DNA of 64,000 nucleotides. Source: Deltaproteobacteria bacterium (GTDB taxonomy: Bacteria > Myxococcota_A > UBA9160 > PR03). Each line of letters opens with the position of its first letter. Within the stretch, counting starts at the first letter, position 1. The notes beneath the pieces were generated by a model. The model searched no databases. It was not told where the DNA came from and saw nothing but the letters and a program-made list of their open reading frames with translations. The stretch covers positions 13,877-77,876 of the forward strand of contig JANNKU010000114.1 in assembly GCA_031396445.1 (NCBI GenBank). Direction: 5' to 3'. The position numbers were made by a program, and so were the translations under genes. Below are positions 37,406 to 45,873 of this stretch, piece after piece.

Positions 37406-38626
37406 TCAGCGACCGCCCGCGACGAAGCTGCGCTCGCCGAGCGAGCCGAGCGAGAAGTCGCGGTACAAACCGCGGAAGCAATCTCGACACCGCGTCGAGT
37501 GGGCCAGCGCGCGCTTGCTGGCGGTGCGCCGCACTTCCTGGCGGAAGGAGCCGTCGTCGTAGAGTTCGTAGTGCGCCCAGCCGCCCGGATAGTCCTTCGT
37601 GCAATTCACTTCGACGAAAGGAGCAGCGCCGGACGCGCGATAGCGCCGCACGCGATTGCGGTGGGTGTGGCCGATCAACACGCCCTTCACCTGCGGGTTC
37701 GCGCCGATGAGTTCGAAGAACGGCACCGAATGCTCGGGCAGCAGGCCGATCGAATTCGGGTAGGAGTCTCGCTTTTCCGGCGGCACCGGTTGGTGATGCA
37801 TCAGCAGCAGCGTCGGCATCGCCTGCTCACGCGTCTCGGTGAGCGTATCGGCGAGCCAGCGCAGGCGATCTCCGTGGAACACGCCGTGGTGATCGCCGGG
37901 CTCGGCGGTTTCGAGCAACACCAGCCGCCAACCGCCGAGATCGACGCTGCGCGGCGCCGGCGCCTGCCCGAGCAGCGCGTAGCCATCCACCTCGCCGGCG
38001 CCGTTGTGGCGGCCGTAGTAGTCGTGGTTGCCGAGGAAGGCGTGATGCGGCGCGCGGATCTTCGCGAAGGCTTCGCGCGCGAAACCGAACTGCGTGGGCA
38101 GCCCGCGATCGGCGATGTCGCCCTTCACCACCACCGCATCGACCTTTGCCGCGTTGATCTCCGCGATCGCGTCGTCGTTCATCAGGCGCCAGTACGGAAC
38201 CTCGGTGTCTTCGGCGCGGATCAGCGGGAAGCCCTCGGCGGCGTCGCCGTATTCGTGATCCGTCGTGAGCTGGCCGCCGAAGCGCGGCTCGCCGAAATGG
38301 AGATCGTTCAGCGTGGCGAAGGTGGCGGTGCGACGCGCGCGCGGCGGCGGCAGCGTGCGCACGCGCTCGGGGAAGTAGCGATCCGGCGCGGGGCTCGCGG
38401 CGCCATCGACTTCGATCGCGAGCGTGTACTCGGTGTCCGGGTCGAGTCCTTCGATGCGGACCAGACGCGTCGCGGCGTCGCTCTCCGAGCGCGCGAGCAC
38501 TTCGCCGTCGAGCAGCACACGGGCGGGCGCATCGACGGCGCCCGCGCCGTCGTGCACGCGAAACGCGAGCGTCACGCTGCTCGCCGTGACACCCATGACC
38601 TCGGAATCGCGAATGGTGAGCGGCAT
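37406..38626 (-). CDS. Metallophosphoesterase with N-terminal FN3/PAP-like domain
   Basis: Trimmed to ATG 38626 (MPLTIRDSEV). Motifs are GDIADRG, LGNHDYYG and GHTHRN. Confidence 0.8.
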   Translation of the reverse strand: MPLTIRDSEVMGVTASSVTLAFRVHDGAGAVDAPARVLLDGEVLARSESDAATRLVRIEGLDPDTEYTLAIEVDGAASPAPDRYFPERVRTLPPPRARRTATFATLNDLHFGEPRFGGQLTTDHEYGDAAEGFPLIRAEDTEVPYWRLMNDDAIAEINAAKVDAVVVKGDIADRGLPTQFGFAREAFAKIRAPHHAFLGNHDYYGRHNGAGEVDGYALLGQAPAPRSVDLGGWRLVLLETAEPGDHHGVFHGDRLRWLADTLTETREQAMPTLLLMHHQPVPPEKRDSYPNSIGLLPEHSVPFFELIGANPQVKGVLIGHTHRNRVRRYRASGAAPFVEVNCTKDYPGGWAHYELYDDGSFRQEVRRTASKRALAHSTRCRDCFRGLYRDFSLGSLGERSFVAGGR

Positions 38627-38639
38627 GGGCCGCAGCCTA

Positions 38640-39824
38640 TCACCGCGCGCTGCGCTCCCGCAGCGATTTCTCGATGCGCGTGGTGATCTCGTCGAGCAGC
38701 GGCCGCGAGGTCGCGAAGTTGAGCCGAACGAAGCCGCGACCCGGCGTCCCGAAAATGCTTCCGTCCGACAGCGCCACGCGCGCGTGCTCGAGAAAATAGT
38801 TCTGCGGCGACGACTCGAGTTCGAGCGCGCGGCAATCGAGCCACGCGAGAAACGTCGCCTCGGGTTCGAAGCTGCGAACACCCGGCAGCCGCGAAGCGAC
38901 GGCGCGCGCGACGCTGCGCCGATTGCCGTCGAGATACGCGACCACCGCGTCGAGCCACGGCTGTCCTTCGCGCCACGCCGCGAGCGTCGCTGCCTGCCCG
39001 AGCGAGCCGAGGCCGCCGCGCACGTGGCTCGGCACGCGCTGGAATCGCTTGCGGAGAGCTTCGCTGCCGAAGTGCGCGACGCCGCAGCGCAGGCCCGGAA
39101 TGTTGAACGCCTTGGTCGCCGACGTCAGCGTGATCGTGCGCGCCTCGACTTCGGGCGCGAGCGATGCGAACGGGATGTGCTGTCGTCCCGCGTACACCAG
39201 ATCGGCGTGGATCTCGTCGGTGACGACCACGAGATCGTTCGCGATCGCGATCTCGGCGAGCGCCTCGAGTTCGCTGCGCTCGAAGACGCGACCCGTCGGG
39301 TTCTGCGGATTGCAGAGCAGGAAGATCCGCGTGCGCGCATCGATCACGCTGCGGAGCTGATCGAAGTCGATCTCGTAGCGCGACGCGCCCGTGACGAGCG
39401 GCGCTTCGACGAGCCGCCGCTCGAGTTCGCGCACGGCGCCGAGGAACGGCGCGTAGACCGGCGTCTGCACCAACACGCCGTCGCCCTTCGCAGAGAATTG
39501 ATCGATCGCAATGTAGATGCCCTGCACCACATCGGTGAGCACCACGATGCCGCGCGGATCGGGGCGCCAGCCGAAGCGCGTCTCCATGCGGTCGACGAAG
39601 GCGGCCGGCAGCGCGTCGGGCTGGATGTCGAGCGGGTAGCCGAGGTCGTCGATTTCGAGTGCGCGCGCGAGCACCTGTCGCACCGGCGCGGCGATCGGGA
39701 AGTCCATCTCGGCGACCCACGCCGGCAGCACGTCGGGCCCGTAGAGCTGCCACTTCTCGCCACTGCGGCGGCGCAGTGTCGCGAGGTCGAGGCGGTCGAA
39801 ATCGAGGGCGGCCGGGTCGCTCAT
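38640..39824 (-). CDS. PatB/MalY-type PLP-dependent C-S lyase (class I/II aminotransferase fold)
   Basis: 394 aa, with SGEKWQLYGPDVLPAWVAEMDFP and the PLP Lys region TLTSATKAFNIPGLR. Confidence 0.85.
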   Translation of the reverse strand: MSDPAALDFDRLDLATLRRRSGEKWQLYGPDVLPAWVAEMDFPIAAPVRQVLARALEIDDLGYPLDIQPDALPAAFVDRMETRFGWRPDPRGIVVLTDVVQGIYIAIDQFSAKGDGVLVQTPVYAPFLGAVRELERRLVEAPLVTGASRYEIDFDQLRSVIDARTRIFLLCNPQNPTGRVFERSELEALAEIAIANDLVVVTDEIHADLVYAGRQHIPFASLAPEVEARTITLTSATKAFNIPGLRCGVAHFGSEALRKRFQRVPSHVRGGLGSLGQAATLAAWREGQPWLDAVVAYLDGNRRSVARAVASRLPGVRSFEPEATFLAWLDCRALELESSPQNYFLEHARVALSDGSIFGTPGRGFVRLNFATSRPLLDEITTRIEKSLRERSAR

Positions 39825-39855
39825 GCCAGGTTCGTATCCCGCAGCCCGCGGATCG

Positions 39856-40875
39856 TCAAACCGCGGCTGTCTGCAGCGCGTGTACGACGTCCGCCCATGC
39901 GCCGGCGTCGGGCTGCCACGGCGCGACCAGACTCACGCGATCTGCGAAACCCGCACAGCGTGCGGCGATTCGTTCGGCGAGCGCGTCCGGGGGCGCGCAT
40001 ACCGCGACGGTTTCGAGCACTTCGTCATCGACGAGCGCCGCCATCGCCTGCCAATCGCCGCTGCGCGAGAGCGCGTGCAACTCGGGATGCAGCGCGCCGC
40101 GCCCGACCGAGTCGAGCACGCCGCGATAGGCGGGCGTCGATGCGTAGAACGCGATCTGCGCGCGCGTTGCCATGCGCGCGCGCTCGGTTTCCGCGGCGTC
40201 GCGTCCCGTCACGATCAAGAGCTGCGCGCTGACGACGAAGTTGCGTCGCGTGCGGCCCGCGAGCGCCAAGCCGCGCTCCAATGCGGGGCCGGTGACGTCG
40301 GCCAGGAACGCTGGAGTGTGAAACGGATGCACGAGAAAACCATCCGCCACTTCGCCCGCGATTTCGGTCATGCGCGGCCCGACACCAGCGAGCCACACCG
40401 GCGGCGCGCCGAAGGAACACGGCGCAGGTCGCAGCAGCGGCGGCATCAGTGTGTGCGTGTAGAACGCGCCTCGGAACGCGAGTGGCGCGCCATCGTTCCA
40501 GCACGACCAGATCGCGCGCAGCGCCAGCACGAACTCGCGCATGCGCGCGGCGGGCTGCGACCACGGCTGCGAGAAGCGTCGCTCGATGTGCGCGCGAATC
40601 TGCGAACCGAGTCCGAGCCGGAAGCGACCCTTCGAGAGCCCTTGTAGGTCATGGGCGATCTGCGCGACGAGCATCGGGCTTCGCGCAAATGCGATCGCGA
40701 CTGCCGTCACCAACTCGATGCGCTCGGTCGCAGCCGCAGCTTGCACCAGCGGAAAGAACGGATCGTGCGGGCCATCGAAGGTGAAGGCGCCGTCGTAACC
40801 GAGCGCTTCGAGCCGGCGCGCCTCCTCGCCCGCTGCAGCGAGCGAGGCCAACGCGAGCGGCGCGTCCACCCGCAT
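39856..40875 (-). CDS. LLM-class (luciferase-like) oxidoreductase, probably F420-dependent
   Basis: 339 aa with a TIM-barrel LLM pattern (RIELVTAVAIAFARSP...FRLGLGSQ). Confidence 0.8.
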   Translation of the reverse strand: MRVDAPLALASLAAAGEEARRLEALGYDGAFTFDGPHDPFFPLVQAAAATERIELVTAVAIAFARSPMLVAQIAHDLQGLSKGRFRLGLGSQIRAHIERRFSQPWSQPAARMREFVLALRAIWSCWNDGAPLAFRGAFYTHTLMPPLLRPAPCSFGAPPVWLAGVGPRMTEIAGEVADGFLVHPFHTPAFLADVTGPALERGLALAGRTRRNFVVSAQLLIVTGRDAAETERARMATRAQIAFYASTPAYRGVLDSVGRGALHPELHALSRSGDWQAMAALVDDEVLETVAVCAPPDALAERIAARCAGFADRVSLVAPWQPDAGAWADVVHALQTAAV

Positions 40876-40880
40876 CCGCC

Positions 40881-41675
40881 TCAGTCCTTCCGCGTCGCGA
40901 GCAGATCGAGCACGCGCCGCATCACCGGATCGATGCCGCCGCCGACCAGCGACAGGCCGCCGTCGACGACGAGGTTGTGTCCGGTCACGTAGCGCGCGGC
41001 GTCGGAGAGCAGAAACACGACGGCGTCGGCGACATCGTCCGCCGTGCCGGCGCGCGCCGCGGGGATCGACGCCTCGAAGCCGTCCATCAACTTCGGCACG
41101 CGGAAGAGCAGCTCCGACATCGGCGTGCGAATCATCCCCGGCGAGACGCAGTTCACGCGGATCGCCGGGCCGTACTCGAGCGCGGCGCTCTGCGCGAGCG
41201 CGATCACGCCGGCCTTCGCCGCGCTGTAGGGCGCCTCACCACGCGTCGGCTGGATGCCGCTGCACGACGCGTTGGTGACGATCGCCCCTCCACCTGAAGC
41301 GCGCAGATACGGCACCACGGCGCGCAGCCCGTTGAAGACACCGATCAGATTCACCGCGATCAGCCGCTCGACGTCGGCGGGCGTGTACTCGTGCAGAGGC
41401 GCCACCTGTCCGGCGCCGGCATTCAGGAATGCGAAGTCGAGACCGCCGAACGCGGCAGCCGCTTCGGCGCACGCCGCATCGACTGCAGCGGCGTCGCGTA
41501 CATCGGCGACGAGCGCGATTCCGCCGACTTCACGCGCGGCGGCGGCCGTCGCGTTCGCATCGAGGTCGAGCAGCGCCACGCGCGCACCGAGCGCTGCGAG
41601 TTTGCGCGCAGTCGCGACACCGATCCCCGACGCGCCGCCCGTCACGAGCAAGCGCTTGCCGGCGAACTCCGTCAA
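40881..41675 (-). CDS. SDR family oxidoreductase
   Basis: Trimmed to TTG 41675, which forms a TTGA overlap with the upstream stop. Motifs are VTGGASGIG, NAGAG and YSAAK. Confidence 0.85.
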   Translation of the reverse strand: MTEFAGKRLLVTGGASGIGVATARKLAALGARVALLDLDANATAAAAREVGGIALVADVRDAAAVDAACAEAAAAFGGLDFAFLNAGAGQVAPLHEYTPADVERLIAVNLIGVFNGLRAVVPYLRASGGGAIVTNASCSGIQPTRGEAPYSAAKAGVIALAQSAALEYGPAIRVNCVSPGMIRTPMSELLFRVPKLMDGFEASIPAARAGTADDVADAVVFLLSDAARYVTGHNLVVDGGLSLVGGGIDPVMRRVLDLLATRKD

Positions 41676-42457
41676 TGGAAGACGTGGCCGCCGTTCACGT
41701 CGAGCGATTGCCCGGTGACGACGCGCGACAGATCCGACGCGAAGAACACGACGGCGTCGGCGATCTCCTCGGACGTGGGCAGATGCCGCAACGCGGTGTT
41801 CGCCGCGACTTCGTCGTAGATCACCTGCGCCTCGACACCGCGCTGCACGGCCTGGTGCGCGAAGTAGCCTTCGAGCGATGCGCCCCAGATGTAGCCGGGA
41901 ACGACCGAGTTCACGCGAATGCCGTGCACGCCGACTTCGCGCGCGAGTCCCTGCGTCGCCGCCATCAGTGCGGCCTTCGAAGCGCCGTACGGACCCATGT
42001 TGGGCAGCACGTCGCGGATGATCATCGAGTTGATCATCACGATCGAACCGCCGCGCTGCGCCTTCATCACCGGCAGCACTTCGTGGGTGAGCTGCAGCGT
42101 CCCGACCAGGTTGACGTGCAGCGGGCGCAGCAAGTCTTCCGCGCTGGCGTCTTCCATGCGGATGAAGCCGCCCATGTCGAAGGCGTTGTTGACGAGCACG
42201 TCGATGCGGCCGAACTCCGCCACCGCGCGCGCCGCGAGGCGCTTGCAGTCTTCGACGCTGGTGATGTCGGTCGGCTGTTCGAGCGCGCGGCGGCCGACGG
42301 CGCGCACTTCCTCGGCGACTTCGCTGATCTTGCTCGCGGTGCGCGCGGCCAGCACCAGGTCGGCGCCTTCGCGCGCCAGCGCCAGCGACACGTCGCGTCC
42401 CATGCCGGGACCGATGCCGGAAACGATCGCGACGCGTCCTTGCAACAAGCCGCTCAC
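41672..42457 (-). CDS. SDR family oxidoreductase
   Basis: Trimmed to GTG 42457, which forms a GTGA overlap. Motifs are VSGIGPGMG, NNAF and YGASK. Confidence 0.85.
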   Translation of the reverse strand: MSGLLQGRVAIVSGIGPGMGRDVSLALAREGADLVLAARTASKISEVAEEVRAVGRRALEQPTDITSVEDCKRLAARAVAEFGRIDVLVNNAFDMGGFIRMEDASAEDLLRPLHVNLVGTLQLTHEVLPVMKAQRGGSIVMINSMIIRDVLPNMGPYGASKAALMAATQGLAREVGVHGIRVNSVVPGYIWGASLEGYFAHQAVQRGVEAQVIYDEVAANTALRHLPTSEEIADAVVFFASDLSRVVTGQSLDVNGGHVFH

Positions 42458-43203
42458 GACAGCGCACCGCCGTCGATGCGGATCTCTTCTCCGGTGATGT
42501 GCGAGCCCTCGTCGGAAGCGAGGAACGCGGCGAGGTTCGCCACCTTCTCCGGTCCCGCGAAGCCGGTGAGCGGCATGATGCGCCGCACCAACTTCGGGTT
42601 GGCGCCGTCGGGCACGTGAAACGCCTTCGTGATCGGCGTCTCGATGCTGCCCGGGCAGATCGCGTTCGCGCGCACGCCCTGCCCTGCGTACTCGACCGCG
42701 ATCGAACGCGTGAAGGCGAGCACGCCGCCCTTCGAGGCCGCGTATGCAGCGGACCACGGATGTCCCGTCATGCCCGCGGTGGACGCCATGTTGACGATGT
42801 TGCCGCGCGTCGCGAGCAGATGCGGAATCGCTTCGCGGCAGAGCAGGAACGTGCCGGTGAGATTCACGCCGAGCACGCGGTTCCAATCGGCGAGCGAGAG
42901 TTCGTGCGTGTGATCGAAGCGCAGGATGCCGGCGACGTTGCAGAGCACGTCGAGGTGGCCGAAGCGCGCGATGCAGGCGGCGACGGACTCGCGCACGGCG
43001 TCTTCGTCGGTGACGTCGAGCAGCGATGTCTCGCACGCGGCGCCGAGTTCGCGCGCGTCCTTGGCGGTCGCGTCGAGTGCGGCGGCTTGTACGTCGGCGA
43101 CGAAGACGGAGGCGCCCTCCTCGGCGAAGCGCAGCGCGCAGGCGCGGCCGATGCCGGAGGCGCCGCCGGTGACGAGTACGACTTTGTTTTGGAAGCGTTT
43201 CAA
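42454..43203 (-). CDS. SDR family oxidoreductase
   Basis: Trimmed from ORF 42454..43323 to TTG 43203 (LKRFQNKVVLVTGGASGIG). The longer ORF would run into the repeat array. The catalytic motif is YAASK. Confidence 0.85.
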   Translation of the reverse strand: MKRFQNKVVLVTGGASGIGRACALRFAEEGASVFVADVQAAALDATAKDARELGAACETSLLDVTDEDAVRESVAACIARFGHLDVLCNVAGILRFDHTHELSLADWNRVLGVNLTGTFLLCREAIPHLLATRGNIVNMASTAGMTGHPWSAAYAASKGGVLAFTRSIAVEYAGQGVRANAICPGSIETPITKAFHVPDGANPKLVRRIMPLTGFAGPEKVANLAAFLASDEGSHITGEEIRIDGGALS

Positions 43204-43571
43204 TGGGACCTCGTCTTGGGTTTGGAGCTCGGTGCTGGTGCGACCGCGAGCCTTATGGATGTCGCCGCTCGCTGTTGGCTCGCTACGCGGGAGTCTTCGG
43301 TTGGAACTCGTTGCCAGCGCCATCGCGGGCCTTATGGATGTCGCCGCTCGGCTTTGCCTCGCTACGCGGGACTCAACTCATGATGTCGCCGCTCGGCTTT
43401 GCCTCGCTACGCGGGACCCTTCGCTTGGAGCTGGTTGCTTGCGCCACTACGACCTTATGGATCTCGCCACTCGCCGTTGGCTCGCTACGCGGGAGCGTTG
43501 CTCTTCAGGTTGCTCCGAGCGCGGTGCTCTTCAGGTTGCTCGGAGAGGTGCTTTTCAGGTTCCTCGGATTT
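43204..43571. repeat. Tandem intergenic repeat array: four ~40-nt cores plus related spacers, followed by three ~24-nt units
   Basis: The cores TTATGGATGTCGCCGCTCG..CTCGCTACGCGGGA sit at 43253-43292, 43332-43371, 43378-43416 and 43455-43494. The short units GTGCTCTTCAGGTTGCTCSGAG occur three times across 43497-43571, and the last overlaps the 3' end of the next CDS. Confidence 0.75.
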
Positions 43572-44427
43572 TTGTGATGACTTCGTCGTGGAAGCGGCGG
43601 AGGCCGTCGCGTTTGTGTTGCATTGAATCCCAGGTGCCGCCGTGGAGGATCCAGGGGGCGGTGGCGTAGTGGGTGACGCCGGCGTCGCCGAGGCGGCGGA
43701 TGGCGTCGGCATCGAAGGCGTCTACGCAGGCTGCGATCAGGTCGAAGTGTTCGGCTTCGCGGCCGATCTCGGCGCGGTAGCGGCGCAGTGTTGCGGCGAT
43801 CTCGGCGAGTTCGGCGCTCGTGTGCAGATCGGAGATCCAGCCGTCGAGGCGGGCGGCGCGGCGCATGGCGGGTTCGGAGAGGCCGCCGCCGTAGATCGGA
43901 AGCGTTGCGGCCGGCGCGGGCAGCATGCGCACGCGACCGAAGTTGTAGAAGCGGCCGCTGTGCTCGACGTAGGCGCCGCTCCAGAGCTTGCGCATCACGT
44001 CGATCATCTCATCGGTGCGCTTGCCGCGGGTGTGAAAATCCTGAGCGGCAAACTCGAACTCTTCCTTGCACCAGCCGACGCCGACACCGAGCGCGACGCG
44101 ATCGCCCGAAAGCGCCGCCGCGGTGGCGATCATCTTCGCCGCGAGGAACGGATTGCGCAGCGCGAGCACGTAGATGTTCGTGACGAAGTGCAGGCGCGAC
44201 GTCACCGCCGCCATCGCGCCGATCGCGACCCAAGGATCGGGCCACGCGGTGTCTTCCGTCCAGCGGATCGAGCCATCGGCCGTGTACGGATAGCGGGAAG
44301 CGATGTGCTCGGGATGTGCGACGTGATCGGAGATCGCGATCACATCGATGCCGTTCTGCTCGGCGAGCATCGCCATCTCACAGAACTGCGACGTCGGCGA
44401 GAATGCCGTCGGGATGACGAACTTCAC
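43555..44427 (-). CDS. LLM-class F420-type oxidoreductase
   Basis: Trimmed from ORF 43555..44484 to GTG 44427 (VKFVIPTAF), with GGAGGG 7 nt upstream. LLM pattern with ALRNPFLAAK and GVGVGW. Confidence 0.8.
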   Translation of the reverse strand: MKFVIPTAFSPTSQFCEMAMLAEQNGIDVIAISDHVAHPEHIASRYPYTADGSIRWTEDTAWPDPWVAIGAMAAVTSRLHFVTNIYVLALRNPFLAAKMIATAAALSGDRVALGVGVGWCKEEFEFAAQDFHTRGKRTDEMIDVMRKLWSGAYVEHSGRFYNFGRVRMLPAPAATLPIYGGGLSEPAMRRAARLDGWISDLHTSAELAEIAATLRRYRAEIGREAEHFDLIAACVDAFDADAIRRLGDAGVTHYATAPWILHGGTWDSMQHKRDGLRRFHDEVITKIRGT

Positions 44428-44443
44428 CGCGAAGCCCTCCGAG

Positions 44444-45208
44444 TCATCGGGACACCGCTGCGTAATCGACGAACAAAGACTCACCGCTCACGTACGAGGC
44501 GCGATCGGAGCAGAGCCACAGCGCCGCTTCCGCGACCTCTTCCGGTGTCCCTAACCGGCCGGGCGGCGCGCTGGCGAGGATCATCTTGCGCGCTTCGGCG
44601 GAGGAACCCATGAAGCCCTGCAGCATCGGTGTGTCGGTGGAGCCGGGGCAGATCGCGTTCACGCGCACGCCGCTGCGGGCGTTCTCGAGCGCGGCCGTCT
44701 TGGTGAGGCCGAGCACGCCGTGTTTCGATGCGCAGTAGTGACCGAGCGCGGGCGTGCCGAGCACGCCGCCGCCGGACGCGACGTTGACGATCGCGCCGCT
44801 GCCTTGCGCGCGCATCACACGCAGCTCGTGCTGCATGCAGAGGAAGACACCGGTGAGGTTCACCGCGAGCGTGCGCTCCCACTGATCGAGCGCGAGGTCG
44901 TGGAGCAGCGCCGGTGTCGCGAGAATGCCGGCGCCGTTCACCGCGCAATCGAGGCGACCGAATGCGTCGATCGCGGCGCGCACCATCGCCTCCACCTGGG
45001 TTGATTGCGAGACGTCCGTCTCGCTGGCGCGCGCATCGCCGCCCTGCTCGCAGATCGCCTTCGCGACGGCTTGCGCACCCGCGCCGTCGCGATCCGCCAC
45101 CAACACACGAGCGCCGTCACGGGCCAGCGCGAGCGCGGTCGCGCGCCCGATGCCGGACGCGCCTCCCGTCACGAGCGCGACTTTGCCTTCGACCAGACCC
45201 TGCGACAC
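44444..45208 (-). CDS. SDR family oxidoreductase
   Basis: 254 aa. Motifs are VTGGASGIG, NGAGI and YCASK. Confidence 0.9.
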   Translation of the reverse strand: MSQGLVEGKVALVTGGASGIGRATALALARDGARVLVADRDGAGAQAVAKAICEQGGDARASETDVSQSTQVEAMVRAAIDAFGRLDCAVNGAGILATPALLHDLALDQWERTLAVNLTGVFLCMQHELRVMRAQGSGAIVNVASGGGVLGTPALGHYCASKHGVLGLTKTAALENARSGVRVNAICPGSTDTPMLQGFMGSSAEARKMILASAPPGRLGTPEEVAEAALWLCSDRASYVSGESLFVDYAAVSR

Positions 45209-45309
45209 GCCGTTCCTCCGAATTGAAACACGTTACAGATCGAGTTGGAGCGCGTCGAGCGCGCGAAACGCGGTTAGGATGCGGCGCGCGCTTTTCCGGG
45301 AGGATCCAG

Positions 45310-45714
45310 ATGCGAATCATCGTCCGAATCTTGCTTGCGCTCTTCGCACTCGTCATCGCGATCGGCGCGCTCGAGATCGCCGCGTCGGAAAGCGGCGAGG
45401 TGGTCGTGTTGCAAACGCAGGACGCTGCCGGCGCGAAGCAGGAAACGCGTGTGTGGGTGGTGGACGAAGGCGGTCATGCGTACATCCGCGCCGGCGATCC
45501 CAGATCGAGTTGGTTGCTCAACATCCAGAAGAATCCGGCGGTCGAGGTCGAGCGCGGCGGCAAGTCGGCTGCCTTCACCGCCGTGCCCGACGTCGCGTCG
45601 CGCGATCGCATCAATGCGGCGCTGCTCGCCAAGTATGGCTGGGCCGACCGCGTGATCGCCGCGCTCTTCGGCCGCGAGGACGCGACGCCGATTCGCCTCG
45701 ATCCGGCTCGATGA
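45310..45714 (+). CDS. Membrane-anchored DUF2255-like (split beta-barrel) protein, tentative
   Basis: Trimmed from ORF 44914..45714 to ATG 45310, with GGGAGGA upstream. It has an N-terminal TM helix. It is a paralogue of 58102..58554, sharing RVWVV..YIRAG..W..N..P.V.V...KYGW...IRLDP. Confidence 0.5.
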   Translation: MRIIVRILLALFALVIAIGALEIAASESGEVVVLQTQDAAGAKQETRVWVVDEGGHAYIRAGDPRSSWLLNIQKNPAVEVERGGKSAAFTAVPDVASRDRINAALLAKYGWADRVIAALFGREDATPIRLDPAR

Positions 45715-45755
45715 TCTCGCTCGCCACCGGACGGTGGCGAGCCGAACACGGGTCA
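45711..45755 (+). repeat. Hairpin repeat copy A
   Basis: ATGATCTC-GCTCGCCACC-ggac-GGTGGCGAGC-CGAACACGGGTCA. It overlaps the TGA stop of the preceding CDS. Confidence 0.7.
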
Positions 45756-45790
45756 AGGGGCTTGGTTGCTTTGCGGGCGAAGATCAACTC

Positions 45791-45835
45791 ATGATCCCGC
45801 TCGGTCGCGGACGCGACCGAGCCGAACACGGGTCA
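45791..45835 (+). repeat. Hairpin repeat copy B
   Basis: ATGATCCC-GCTCGGTCGC-ggac-GCGACCGAGC-CGAACACGGGTCA, 80 nt after copy A. Confidence 0.7.
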
Positions 45836-45873
45836 GGTTGCTGCGAGATTTGCGGGAGCGCTGCGCGTTCGCT

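Noticed and set aside
43204-43571. I considered whether the tandem repeats could be a CRISPR array.
   Set aside because: The sequences between the cores are mutually similar rather than unique spacers. The period is irregular (79, 46 and 77 nt). Related copies occur singly in other spacers. No cas genes are in the window.
43203-43669. I considered a multi-core RiPP-like precursor, because plus-strand ORFs across the array encode repeated peptides (LMDVAARLCLATRD three times, or MSPLGFASLRGT).
   Set aside because: Related repeat copies at 4831, 28236 and 45711 do not preserve any reading frame. Third-position GC is lower than in real genes here. No maturation, protease or export genes are adjacent. 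A nucleotide-level repeat is the simpler explanation.
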